DNA from: Candidatus Bathyarchaeota archaeon
GTDB taxonomy: Archaea > Thermoproteota > Bathyarchaeia > Bathyarchaeales > Bathycorpusculaceae
DNA length: 64,000 bases
NCBI GenBank assembly: GCA_050115965.1
Contig: JASFPN010000004.1
Coordinates: forward strand, 8,544-72,543
Direction of reading: 5' to 3'
Each line of letters opens with the position of its first letter. Position 1 is the stretch's first letter. The notes under the pieces were generated by a model that had not been told where the DNA came from, did not search any database, and saw only the letters and a program-made list of their open reading frames with translations. Both the position numbers and the translations under genes were made by a program. Below, piece by piece: positions 46,212-55,435 of this stretch.

Positions 46212-47546
46212 TTATTTCAGTCCCAGTGACGATGACTTACCAAAAAATGGTAACTTTTTCTTTCTTCGCAGAGTTTTCATCATACGGCGCATCATTGAAT
46301 ATTGTTTTAAAAGTTCTTTCACCTCTTTTTCACTGGTACCAGAGCCTCTAGCCACTCGCCTTATCCTGGAAGCATCGAGAGTCTTTGGTTTTTCCCGCTC
46401 TGTAGGTGTCATTGATTGAATTATGACTCGCCACTTCTCTAACCGATCCTCGGCCGTTTTTAACATTTCATCAGGAACATCATAGGACATACCCGGGATC
46501 ATTCCCAAGATTTTTCGAAATGGTCCCAATCCTTTCACTGATTGGAACTGGTCATACATATCTGTTAACGTAAACTTACCACTTAAAATGGCCTTAGCCT
46601 TTTTCTCAGGAACCTTTATCTCTGCCTCGCGTACTTTTTCCAATAATGTTTCCAAGTCACCCATACCTAGTAGTCTGCCTACAAAACGTGATGGAATGAA
46701 GTGGTCTAGATCCTGAATTTTTTCACCGATTCCAACAAATTTTATCGGAGCGCCTGTAGCAACAACTGCTGATAGTGCACCACCACCTCTCGAGGAACCG
46801 TCCAACTTCGTTACAATTATTGAACCGATCGGGGTTGCTTCGTTGAAGGCTTTGGCCTGAATCATGGCCTGTTGACCAATTGTCCCATCGATCACCAAAA
46901 CAATTTCATCTGGCCTGATTTTTTTTTCCAGAGTTTTCATCTCTTCAATTAATTTCTGTTCGTCCTTATGACGTCCGGAAGTGTCGATAATTACCAAATC
47001 TTTATCTCTGAATTGCTCTAGACCCATCAATGCAATTTTCACAGAGTTTTTATTATCCAAATCTCCGTATGAAGGAACATTTATGCTATCTGCAAGTTGT
47101 TTAAGCTGAGCATAAGCGCCTGGGCGATAGGTATCTACACAGATCAACGCAGGGGTTAAGCCCCTTTTCTGGAAGTATTTTGCTAATTTAGCTGCTGCTG
47201 TTGTTTTACCTGAGCCTTGTATGCCTACTAACATTACTACCTTGCTTTTTCCAGGCACTATCTCCATAGGGATTTGTTTGTCTCCAAGAAACCGCGTTAG
47301 TTCTTCATAGACAACCTTAACCAAATGTTCGCGTCTTGCGATCCCAGGTGGCAACTTTTCCTTTAGTGATCTTTCTTCTATGTTTTTCGAAATATCCAGT
47401 ACAAGTTTAACATTCACGTCAGCCTCAAGAAGAGCTCGCTGAATATCTCGAACAAGCTCTTTAATGATAGCTTCATCGACGATTGATGCCTTAAAAATCC
47501 TCTTTAGGGCTGTATGAAGTGAAGAGCCTAACCGTTCTAAAGCCAT
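46212..47546 (-). CDS. srp54: Signal recognition particle protein SRP54
   Basis: G motifs GIQGSGKTT, DTSGR, TKLDG. Met-rich M domain. The canonical MALERLG start is at ATG 47546. Confidence 0.95.
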   Translation of the reverse strand: MALERLGSSLHTALKRIFKASIVDEAIIKELVRDIQRALLEADVNVKLVLDISKNIEERSLKEKLPPGIARREHLVKVVYEELTRFLGDKQIPMEIVPGKSKVVMLVGIQGSGKTTAAAKLAKYFQKRGLTPALICVDTYRPGAYAQLKQLADSINVPSYGDLDNKNSVKIALMGLEQFRDKDLVIIDTSGRHKDEQKLIEEMKTLEKKIRPDEIVLVIDGTIGQQAMIQAKAFNEATPIGSIIVTKLDGSSRGGGALSAVVATGAPIKFVGIGEKIQDLDHFIPSRFVGRLLGMGDLETLLEKVREAEIKVPEKKAKAILSGKFTLTDMYDQFQSVKGLGPFRKILGMIPGMSYDVPDEMLKTAEDRLEKWRVIIQSMTPTEREKPKTLDASRIRRVARGSGTSEKEVKELLKQYSMMRRMMKTLRRKKKLPFFGKSSSLGLK

Positions 47547-47652
47547 GATTTTTTCCAAGTTTTAGATCGCATTGATACTTAAATAGATATTTGGAGGGGT
47601 GTGTATGACTTCCGGGGGTGTTACTAGTATAGGATTTCTTTTTGGTTAAACT

Positions 47653-47718
47653 GGAGCTTCAGCACTAGTCTTACTACTTCTTCACAACTCGGAAGGCTCT
47701 TACTGCATCATCAGCCCC
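47653..47718 (-). ncRNA. Weak candidate C/D-box-like sRNA
   Basis: Minus strand reads GGGGC-UGAUGA-(n)-GUGAAGA-(n)-CUGA-A-GCUCC. It has box C and box D and a 5-bp terminal stem with one G-U pair. However, the spacers are 15-16 nt rather than about 12, and the residue before box C is C rather than a purine. Confidence 0.2.
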
Positions 47719-47797
47719 AATCTAGATCTGAAGGGCATAAGAAAAGTTTAATGGAAAATCTTAACAGGTACATGCAACGACTTGACAGCAGGGTTGG

Positions 47798-48007
47798 ATG
47801 ATGGTTGAACGTGCAATACATTTGGCAATGTTTATTCTTTTATTGGTAGGTTTGTGTGGAATTGGTGCTTGGGCAAATTATACTTATATCTATATAGAAG
47901 GAAATAACCCAATATTAGCAGTGGCAGGTATTGCGTTGAGTTGGGGGGTAATACTGACCATTCTTTACATAAGTTTTAGGCAGTTAAACTGGAACTGGTG
48001 GAGCTGA
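47798..48007 (+). CDS. Hypothetical small membrane protein (two TM helices)
   Basis: Hydrophobic profile only. Its 3' end overlaps the convergent dys gene by 32 nt. Confidence 0.3.
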   Translation: MMVERAIHLAMFILLLVGLCGIGAWANYTYIYIEGNNPILAVAGIALSWGVILTILYISFRQLNWNWWS

Positions 48008-48908
48008 GTCGGTTCATAACAGCTGCAATTAATAAGGGAAATATAATTGTAGCATCAGAAACTACTGATACGGTTCTACCTTTTGATCTCACCTTACTCC
48101 AACTTATGGCTTCATCTAGGGAGGCACCGCTTAAACCACCGGGTTCCGGACGATCCATGGTTATTTGCACAGCGCAATCTACTCCTTCCCTTAGTGTATT
48201 AGCAAAAAGCGTATAATGCTTTGGCCATCCTCCTCCAAGAATTATTATACCAGTTTTCTGTGCATCCATTACGATCTCACTGATTTTTGCTGTGTCCAAC
48301 AACGGATTTAGGCCAATTCCATTACCTTGGCTTATAAAACACATTTGAAAACCTGCAATACAATCAGCAAGGTTTGGGCAGAATATTGGTATTTCTTTCT
48401 TTGCAGCTGTTGCTAAAATTGAGTTCGAGTCAGTGATTCGTTTTCCAATTTCGTATAGGAGTTTATATGATGAAACTGGACGTTTTTCCAAGTTTGGTAT
48501 ATCGGTTAGTATCTTTTCAAGCCATTTTTCCAATCCTTGAAAAGCTTCTTGAGAAACATAAATGTCCCCAATTCTTCCATACCCTTCTTGTCTAAGCTTC
48601 TTATCTTCAGCCATGAAGCTTCCAACATAGTGCCTGAAGCCTATGGCTTCCACCATGTCGTGTACAATGTTAGCTCCTGTAGACACAACGACATTAACGT
48701 ATTCCTGATCAATTATTTCCGTTATGACGTGCCTTAGCCCCGCAGGAACCATAGGGCCTGCAAGGGAAAGGAAGACTGTATACTCTGGAACAGAAAACAT
48801 GTCGACGATAAGTTCAGCTGCTCTCCCAACTCTACCAGCCCCAAGAACCCCTGTCTTTCGCATCTCCTCTACAAATTTGCCTACGGAGAGATTCGGTTGT
48901 AGCCTCAT
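47976..48908 (-). CDS. dys: Deoxyhypusine synthase
   Basis: STGANIVHD and the catalytic Lys loop GGGWPKHY. ATG 48908 (the ORF opens at TTG 48926). Confidence 0.9.
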   Translation of the reverse strand: MRLQPNLSVGKFVEEMRKTGVLGAGRVGRAAELIVDMFSVPEYTVFLSLAGPMVPAGLRHVITEIIDQEYVNVVVSTGANIVHDMVEAIGFRHYVGSFMAEDKKLRQEGYGRIGDIYVSQEAFQGLEKWLEKILTDIPNLEKRPVSSYKLLYEIGKRITDSNSILATAAKKEIPIFCPNLADCIAGFQMCFISQGNGIGLNPLLDTAKISEIVMDAQKTGIIILGGGWPKHYTLFANTLREGVDCAVQITMDRPEPGGLSGASLDEAISWSKVRSKGRTVSVVSDATIIFPLLIAAVMNRLSSTSSSLTA

Positions 48909-49066
48909 ATGGTTAACGTACTTCAATACACCTTTCCAACCCTTAAATTCATGAATTTAATTAATCCTAGTTAGATTCATCGTTTTTTAAACAGAAACTA
49001 TGAAGTATGGACATCACTCGTTTGTGGCTTATCAAGTCATTATAATTAAGCTATTTTAATAGAAAA

Positions 49067-49495
49067 TCATTTGATTCTCACTAATTTAATGCGTCCCATT
49101 ATTTGCCAATATTCTACCTCGACACCTGGGTTAAGATTTGCCTTGAGATCCTTGTCCTCTGGAAAGGGAGCGTCCAAGTATTCATATGTTTCCAGATCCA
49201 TTATTTGAATTTCGGACGAGGTTACTGAAAACACTTGCCCACTTCTCTTATCAATTATGGGAACCTCTACATTGGCGTCAACTGGTTTCACGAAACTTTT
49301 TTTAGCTCCATCAAAGATGCCGATAGCAACAATTTTTGCCTTTGCTGATCCATGTTTTCCAGGTTTTGATTTAGTTAGATTAACTATTCGGCAGGGTTCT
49401 CCATCTACCACTATGTAACCACCTTCCCGGAGACCGCCCACATCAGCTGGTTTACTCACACAATCACCTATTTTCCACTGATACTCTATTGCCAT
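49067..49495 (-). CDS. eif5a: Translation initiation factor 5A
   Basis: Hypusine loop TKSKPGKHGSAKAKIV, followed by a C-terminal OB domain. ATG 49495 lies inside the listed ORF. Confidence 0.9.
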   Translation of the reverse strand: MAIEYQWKIGDCVSKPADVGGLREGGYIVVDGEPCRIVNLTKSKPGKHGSAKAKIVAIGIFDGAKKSFVKPVDANVEVPIIDKRSGQVFSVTSSEIQIMDLETYEYLDAPFPEDKDLKANLNPGVEVEYWQIMGRIKLVRIK

Positions 49496-49715
49496 TAGTG
49501 CGTGGGCATATATAGATATGTTTATCGCTCTCAAATAGGGGAAGGATTTACTGGAAGCTTTGAATTAAGTGCTCAACCAAAGAACGGATTATGGAGAATC
49601 AATTTGTACGCCTCTGTGGAAAAACTCCCAATCCGATTATTAGGGTTAATCGGTCTTGATATAGAATCACTCTTAATAAGTTCGAATACAGATTTTACAA
49701 TCCGTTAGGAAGAGA

Positions 49716-50300
49716 TTGCATAGATTGAGGAGGAATGTTCTAACGGCAGTAAAGGTAAAGAGAGCCATAATATTGGATACATCTGCACTTTTATCCGGCT
49801 TCGACCCACTTTCGATAGGTGAAGAGCAATACACAGTGCCTACAGTTAGAAGGGAGTTAAGGGAAAATGGTATAACTTGGATCCGATTCAAGACAGCAGT
49901 TGAAAATGGCAGATTAAAATTAGTGGAGCCGAACCAAATGTTCATGGATAAGGTAAAAGATGCTGCTATGAAGGTTGGAGACCAATTTTTTCTTTCAGAA
50001 GTTGATCAACAGATACTTTCGCTAGCCTTACAGCTAAAGAATCAAGGATACATACCATCATTAATTACCGATGATTACTCCATACAGAATGTCGCAGATC
50101 AATTAGGTGTAGAGTTCTTTTCATTAGCTACATTCGGTATCCGTCTTCGTCTGAAATGGACAAGGTATTGTCCAAGTTGTCATAAAGAATATGTTCCAAA
50201 CCATACCTCAACAACGTGCGATATTTGCGGTTCACAGTTGAGAAGAAAGCCAAAAAGAAAGAAGCTAAATCAAAATAACGCAGAAACAATTGGTGATTAA
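49716..50300 (+). CDS. nob1: Nob1-like PIN endonuclease with C-terminal zinc ribbon
   Basis: PIN N-terminus AIILDTSALLSG and ribbon CPSCHKEY...CDICGSQL. TTG start (49716 or 49725). Confidence 0.75.
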   Translation: MHRLRRNVLTAVKVKRAIILDTSALLSGFDPLSIGEEQYTVPTVRRELRENGITWIRFKTAVENGRLKLVEPNQMFMDKVKDAAMKVGDQFFLSEVDQQILSLALQLKNQGYIPSLITDDYSIQNVADQLGVEFFSLATFGIRLRLKWTRYCPSCHKEYVPNHTSTTCDICGSQLRRKPKRKKLNQNNAETIGD

Positions 50301-50302
50301 TC

Positions 50303-50878
50303 TTGGATTTTGATGAGAAGAAGGTTTGTTACTTCACAAAGGCAGGCAAAGATAACTCTGACCAATTATTGAAACACGTAAAGGAGTACTTAGAGAGGGA
50401 GGGAATAAGCAATGTTGTGGTTGCTTCAACTACAGGGGAAACCGGTGAAAAGACTTCAAGAATACTTGTGGGAAACAAAATAATCGTAGTTACCCATCAT
50501 TACGGTTTTCGTGAAGCCGGCAAATTTGAGATGAAAAAAGTTCATGAAAAAAGAATTCTTGAAAATGGAGCAAAAATCTTTACAGGCACCCACGCGCTCA
50601 GTAGTATAGAACGAGCGATCCGTAAAGAGTTCGGAACTATTGGGCCCTTAGAACTGATCGCCAATACGCTAAGGATAATGGGGGAAGGGGTAAAGGTGTG
50701 TGTTGAAATAACGTTGATGGCTGCGGATGCGGGTCTTATACCTGTTGACAGAGACATTGTTGCTATAGGGGGAACAGGTGAGGGAGCAGATACGGCTTTA
50801 CGGTTAAAACCTGCCAATACCCGACGGTTTTTCGATTTAAAAATTAAGGAGATAATCGCGAAACCAGCCACTTTCTAA
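50303..50878 (+). CDS. Pyruvate-kinase C-terminal (alpha/beta) domain-like protein
   Basis: VCYFTKAGKDNSDQLL...VVVASTTGETG... pattern and a length of about 190 aa, as in the archaeal stand-alone PK_C-like family. TTG start. Confidence 0.55.
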   Translation: MDFDEKKVCYFTKAGKDNSDQLLKHVKEYLEREGISNVVVASTTGETGEKTSRILVGNKIIVVTHHYGFREAGKFEMKKVHEKRILENGAKIFTGTHALSSIERAIRKEFGTIGPLELIANTLRIMGEGVKVCVEITLMAADAGLIPVDRDIVAIGGTGEGADTALRLKPANTRRFFDLKIKEIIAKPATF

Positions 50879-50992
50879 GGATATAGGTAAAGGCTTGAGT
50901 AAGTGTTGTGTTTCGATGCTTCGTTTTGCGAGTTTTCTTTAATGGTTTGTCCTATAAGTAGTAAATATTTAAGTTTTTTTAATTTGATGAAA

Positions 50993-52342
50993 TTAATCCT
51001 TTTTTTCCACATCGCTCGTAACGTCTTCAATTATTTCTAGCGCATTATCAACCAATTGCCTTGTTATAGTCAAAGGTGGAGCAATTCTAATCGTTGATAA
51101 GCCACATGTAATAAGTGCGATTCCTCTTCTCCAAGATTGATTCATTATGGTTTTAGTCTTTTCAGGTGAAGGTCTTTTGGTTTCTTTGCTATCAACAATC
51201 TCCATGCCTATCATCAAACCTTTTCCACGCACATCGCCTACGATATCGCTTTCTTCTTTCAAGTCTTCAAGTCTTTTCATAATATAGGCACCCTGTTTAG
51301 TTGCGTTTTCTAAGAGCCGTTCCTTCTCTATAACATCGATGACTGCGTTAGCAGCAACACATGATAAAGGATTACCTCCAAAGGTACTTGCATGAGAGCC
51401 ACTAACCCAATCCATAACTCGAGATTTTGCTATTGTCGCTCCTAAAGGTAACCCAGAAGCCAAGGCTTTTGCACTGCATATGATGTCTGGATCAATTTTC
51501 CAGTGTTCAATCGCAAACCATTTTCCTGTCCTGCCTATACCTGATTGAACCTCATCAGCGATTAGCAGGATGTCGTATTTGTTTGCAAGTCGTTTAAGCC
51601 TTTGAAAGTAGTCAGGGGGAGGAACCACATATCCGCCTTCACCTTGGATTGGTTCAAATAATATCGCAGCGACATCCTCAGTGGGTGCATATTTTTGAAA
51701 CACAAATTCCTCGATGAAATCTACACACCAGTAATGGCAGTCAGGATATGTCTGTTTGAAGGGGCATCTGTAGCAGTAAGGATATGGAACGTGGGTAACA
51801 CCTGGCATTAATGGAAAAAAGTATCTCTTCTGGGCAGGTTTACTAGCTGTAAAGGAAAGAGCGCCAATTGTACGTCCATGAAATGCACTTATGAATCCTA
51901 CAAACAATTGTTTGCGAGTATGCCATTTTGCAATTTTTATGGCAGCTTCAACAGACTCAGCACCACTGTTGCCAAAATAAACCTTCTTGTCAAAGTTTCC
52001 TGGAGCAATTTTGACTAATTTTTCTGCCAAGTTTATTACTTGAGCATAATAGAAGTCAGTATTTGAGTAATGTAAAAACCGATCGCATTGATTCTTAACT
52101 GCAGCAACAACCTTAGGGTTATTGTGCCCAACATTTAAGCAAACAAGACCAGAGTTGAAGTCTATGTATTCATTTCCATCTACATCCTTAACGATACAGC
52201 CTTTACCAGATTCTACAACGAGTGGATAGAATCGTCCATAGGAAGAAGAAATCAACATCTCATCTTTTTTAACAAGTTCCCTTGCTTTGGGTCCCGGTGG
52301 AGTAGCTATAATCTTAGGATAGGCACTCAAACGATTCACCAT
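50993..52342 (-). CDS. Class III PLP aminotransferase (GABA/ornithine-type)
   Basis: GNSGAESVEAAIK, DEVQSGIGRTGKWFA, PLP-Lys in ICSAKALASGLPLG. Confidence 0.85.
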   Translation of the reverse strand: MVNRLSAYPKIIATPPGPKARELVKKDEMLISSSYGRFYPLVVESGKGCIVKDVDGNEYIDFNSGLVCLNVGHNNPKVVAAVKNQCDRFLHYSNTDFYYAQVINLAEKLVKIAPGNFDKKVYFGNSGAESVEAAIKIAKWHTRKQLFVGFISAFHGRTIGALSFTASKPAQKRYFFPLMPGVTHVPYPYCYRCPFKQTYPDCHYWCVDFIEEFVFQKYAPTEDVAAILFEPIQGEGGYVVPPPDYFQRLKRLANKYDILLIADEVQSGIGRTGKWFAIEHWKIDPDIICSAKALASGLPLGATIAKSRVMDWVSGSHASTFGGNPLSCVAANAVIDVIEKERLLENATKQGAYIMKRLEDLKEESDIVGDVRGKGLMIGMEIVDSKETKRPSPEKTKTIMNQSWRRGIALITCGLSTIRIAPPLTITRQLVDNALEIIEDVTSDVEKKD

Positions 52343-52451
52343 GAGAAACTATCGTTTAGGGAGGACCTTTTAATATAAATATCTGTTTAATAAAGCGAAA
52401 AATCATGAAGGTCAATTAGAAATAACTCGATTCAAGATTTTGTTGAGGCAG

Positions 52452-53354
52452 CTAAGATGAATCAGGTGCTGCAAGTTTACTGTATCTTTTCCAGTCTTCA
52501 TCGATCCATTCATTGATTTTTTCAATATCCTTCTCAGTTAATCCATGGAACCTTTGTTGTTGTTTTAGATACTCTTTAACTGGCCCTCTTTTTCTTTTAT
52601 CAATCAAACGACTGCTTGGGGGATTAAGTCTAAACTTCCCATTCTCAATTTCAAAAAGTGCCCAAAGTCCAGTTTGAACAGCAAGACGCCCCATTTCCAC
52701 GGTCATACTTGTGTCATAACGCCATCCAGTCGGACAGGGAGTAAGTACGTGGATAAACTTTGTACCCTTTATGTTCTTTGCTTTCCTGAGTTTATTAATG
52801 AAGTCAATAGGGTATGAGGGGCATGCCGTGGCAATATATGGTAATTTATGGGCAGCCATAATAAAAGCCATGTCTTTTTTTCGCTCTCTTTTACCAGTAG
52901 GAGTTGTAGTGGTCCAAGCTCCATAAGGGGTTGCGCCACTCCGCTGTACACCAGTATTTCCATAAGCTTCATTATCATAACAAATATAGATAAAGTCCGT
53001 TTCTCTTTCAGCTGCACCAGATAAAGCCTGTATGCCTATATCAAATGTGCCACCATCCCCAGCCCATCCAACAACGGTTACATCTGTAACCTTCTTCCGG
53101 CGTAGAGCTGCAACGACCCCAGAAGAAGTCGCTGCTGTTGCTTCAAATAAGGTGTTCTGAACAGGTACTGCGAATGAGGAGGCAGGAAATTGCCCAGGAA
53201 TAACTGAGGAGCAGCATGCAGGTATGACAAGTATAACCTTATTCCCTAATGCCTTAAAGAGTAGGCGAAGAGAGATGGCTGGACCGCATCCGGCACATGC
53301 AATGTGGCCCTTGAGCAAATATTCCTCTCTTGACAATTCCTTTATAGATACCAT
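52452..53354 (-). CDS. porB: 2-oxoacid:ferredoxin oxidoreductase beta subunit
   Basis: GHIACAGCG and the TPP-binding GWAGDGGTFDIG. ATG 53354 is preceded by AGGAG; the ORF also opens at ATG 53381. Confidence 0.85.
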   Translation of the reverse strand: MVSIKELSREEYLLKGHIACAGCGPAISLRLLFKALGNKVILVIPACCSSVIPGQFPASSFAVPVQNTLFEATAATSSGVVAALRRKKVTDVTVVGWAGDGGTFDIGIQALSGAAERETDFIYICYDNEAYGNTGVQRSGATPYGAWTTTTPTGKRERKKDMAFIMAAHKLPYIATACPSYPIDFINKLRKAKNIKGTKFIHVLTPCPTGWRYDTSMTVEMGRLAVQTGLWALFEIENGKFRLNPPSSRLIDKRKRGPVKEYLKQQQRFHGLTEKDIEKINEWIDEDWKRYSKLAAPDSS

Positions 53355-53359
53355 ATTAT

Positions 53360-54538
53360 TTACTCCTTTAGATCCACCCATGTTGTTTCATGTTCAACTC
53401 GATTTCTATTCATCCATTCTGTTGATTTCAGTGCGATTTTTTCGATGGTCTTAAATGTTACATCTCTTCCTCCTAGACCAGCAATGAAACCAGCAACTAA
53501 AGGTAGATCTTCCTGACTACATATGGAAGCTTTAACTTCTTCAGCAAGAAAACCTTCCATTCCAAATGATATGCCGCGATCAATAATTGCAAGCATCCCG
53601 GTTTTTGCTGCAAGTTCTCTAATTTCTTGTTTTGGAAAGGGCCGGAAAACGCGTACTCTAGCAGACCCTATCTTCAACCCCTTTTCACGTAAGTTTTCAA
53701 CAGCTATCTTTGCTTCACTGCCAATAGTGCCCATAGTCAACAATATCACTTCTGCGTCTTCACATCTATATTTTTCAACAAGCCCTCTTTGTTTAAAACC
53801 AAACTTTTTAGCGTATTCTTCATCGATTTGTAGAATCTGATGTTTAGCTTTTTCCATAGACTGCTGCATCATATGGCGCATTTCCATATAATATTCTGGT
53901 GATATTATATTTCCATGAGAGACAGGATCATTAATGTTCAAAAACCATTTTGGAGTGTAAGGAGGTAGAAACGCGTCAACTTCTTCTTGATCAGGGATTT
54001 GTACAGGCATATAAGTGTGTGAAAGGATGAAAGCTTCTAGGCAGATCATTGCTGGTAACAAAATATTCACGTTTTCACAGAGTTTGTAAGTCTGGATTAT
54101 GGTGTCAAAGACCTCTTGGTTGTCCGCGCAATAAAATTGGATCCAACCAGTATCCCGTTGAGACATAGAATCTGTGTGATCAGCCCAGATATTCCAGCCT
54201 GGACCCATGGCACGATTGACAACAGGCATCACAATAGGTAACCTTGAACCTGACGCCCAATGGAGAGCTTCATGCATGAGTGCCAATCCGTGGGCAGCGG
54301 TTGCTGTAAAGGTTCGAACTCCTCCTGCTGCTGCGCCAATACAGGCTGCCATTGCACTATGTTCTGATTCCACGCAGATATATTCAGCATCAAGCTCTCC
54401 ATTTTCAACTAGCTCAGCAACACGTTCAACTATTGAGGTTTGGGGGGTTATGGGATAAGCTGCGATAACCTGAACTCTAGCTGCTTTCGCTGCGTAAGCA
54501 GCGATGTGATTGGCTGTGTCGATTATCGTTGAAGTCAT
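53360..54538 (-). CDS. porA: 2-oxoacid:ferredoxin oxidoreductase alpha subunit
   Basis: AAYPITPQT, ESEHSAMAACIGAA. ATGA overlap with porD. Confidence 0.85.
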   Translation of the reverse strand: MTSTIIDTANHIAAYAAKAARVQVIAAYPITPQTSIVERVAELVENGELDAEYICVESEHSAMAACIGAAAGGVRTFTATAAHGLALMHEALHWASGSRLPIVMPVVNRAMGPGWNIWADHTDSMSQRDTGWIQFYCADNQEVFDTIIQTYKLCENVNILLPAMICLEAFILSHTYMPVQIPDQEEVDAFLPPYTPKWFLNINDPVSHGNIISPEYYMEMRHMMQQSMEKAKHQILQIDEEYAKKFGFKQRGLVEKYRCEDAEVILLTMGTIGSEAKIAVENLREKGLKIGSARVRVFRPFPKQEIRELAAKTGMLAIIDRGISFGMEGFLAEEVKASICSQEDLPLVAGFIAGLGGRDVTFKTIEKIALKSTEWMNRNRVEHETTWVDLKE

Positions 54539-54789
54539 TTACTGCCCTCTCTGTGCATAGTGACAGCTCTTACAGGACATTCATTGGCGCATATCCCGCA
54601 ACCTTTACAGTATTCATAATCAATTTTGGGTGAATCATCTTCTTCACGTGTTATTGCTCCGTCTGGACAGTAAATCCAGCAAAGTGTACATTTGGTGCAT
54701 TTAGTATAGTCAATATTAGGTTGAAAGGTTCTCCAAAACCCAGTCTTTCCAACTCCTATTGTGGGACGTGATAAAGTGGTTATGGGCAT
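54535..54789 (-). CDS. porD: 2-oxoacid:ferredoxin oxidoreductase delta subunit (2x[4Fe-4S])
   Basis: CTKCTLCWIYCP and CKGCGICANECP. ATG 54789 (the ORF opens at TTG 54816). Confidence 0.85.
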   Translation of the reverse strand: MPITTLSRPTIGVGKTGFWRTFQPNIDYTKCTKCTLCWIYCPDGAITREEDDSPKIDYEYCKGCGICANECPVRAVTMHREGSK

Positions 54790-54822
54790 TTCTTTCCTAG
54801 TCTGAAAGTAGCTCAAAGGCTT

Positions 54823-55380
54823 TCACCATCCCTTTATCAATGATTCAAATGCAAGCTCTGCTGCCTTTGCATTCTTTTCTCCTGCAGCTCCTGACCAGGA
54901 TTTTCTTATGGCTTTTTGCACATTCTCTAATGTTACTTCTTTTGTGGCATTGGCAAAAGCGCCAAGAATTGACGTGTTAACAACTGGTGATCCTGCCACG
55001 ATGAGACCTTGACTGAGTGCGATTCCGGTTGCATCAACTGTGGCTACTCGCCAATTCTTCATCCCCAATTCTTCAGGCCTTTTAACGGTGTTTATGACCA
55101 TTATTCCATCATCCTTCAAGCCTTCTGACACATTGACAAGTTCATGAAGTTTTGGATCTAATACTACCACATAATCTGGATTGTAGATTTGGCTATGAAT
55201 GAAGATTGTTTCATCACTCATTCTTGCAAAGGCTATAACGGGAGCACCTCTCCTTTCTGCTCCGAAATGTGGAAAAGCTTGGACTGATCTACCTTCAAGG
55301 AAAGCTGCATAGGCCAATAGTTGAGCTGCAGTTACTGCTCCCTGTCCACCTCGTCCATGAATTCGTATTTCCTTGATCAA
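54823..55380 (-). CDS. porG: 2-oxoacid:ferredoxin oxidoreductase gamma subunit
   Basis: [21 protein letters not shown] start. G-D-A-B gene order. Confidence 0.85.
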   Translation of the reverse strand: MIKEIRIHGRGGQGAVTAAQLLAYAAFLEGRSVQAFPHFGAERRGAPVIAFARMSDETIFIHSQIYNPDYVVVLDPKLHELVNVSEGLKDDGIMVINTVKRPEELGMKNWRVATVDATGIALSQGLIVAGSPVVNTSILGAFANATKEVTLENVQKAIRKSWSGAAGEKNAKAAELAFESLIKGW

Positions 55381-55435
55381 GACTCATCCCTTCTTTGGAA
55401 GTGAAGAAGGATTTTTCAACCTTATTAGCGTTAGG

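Noticed and set aside
49502-49708. 68-aa GTG-initiated ORF filling the eif5a/nob1 divergent spacer.
   Set aside because: It has a non-ATG start, no motif and an unremarkable composition. It overlaps the region where two divergent promoters must lie.
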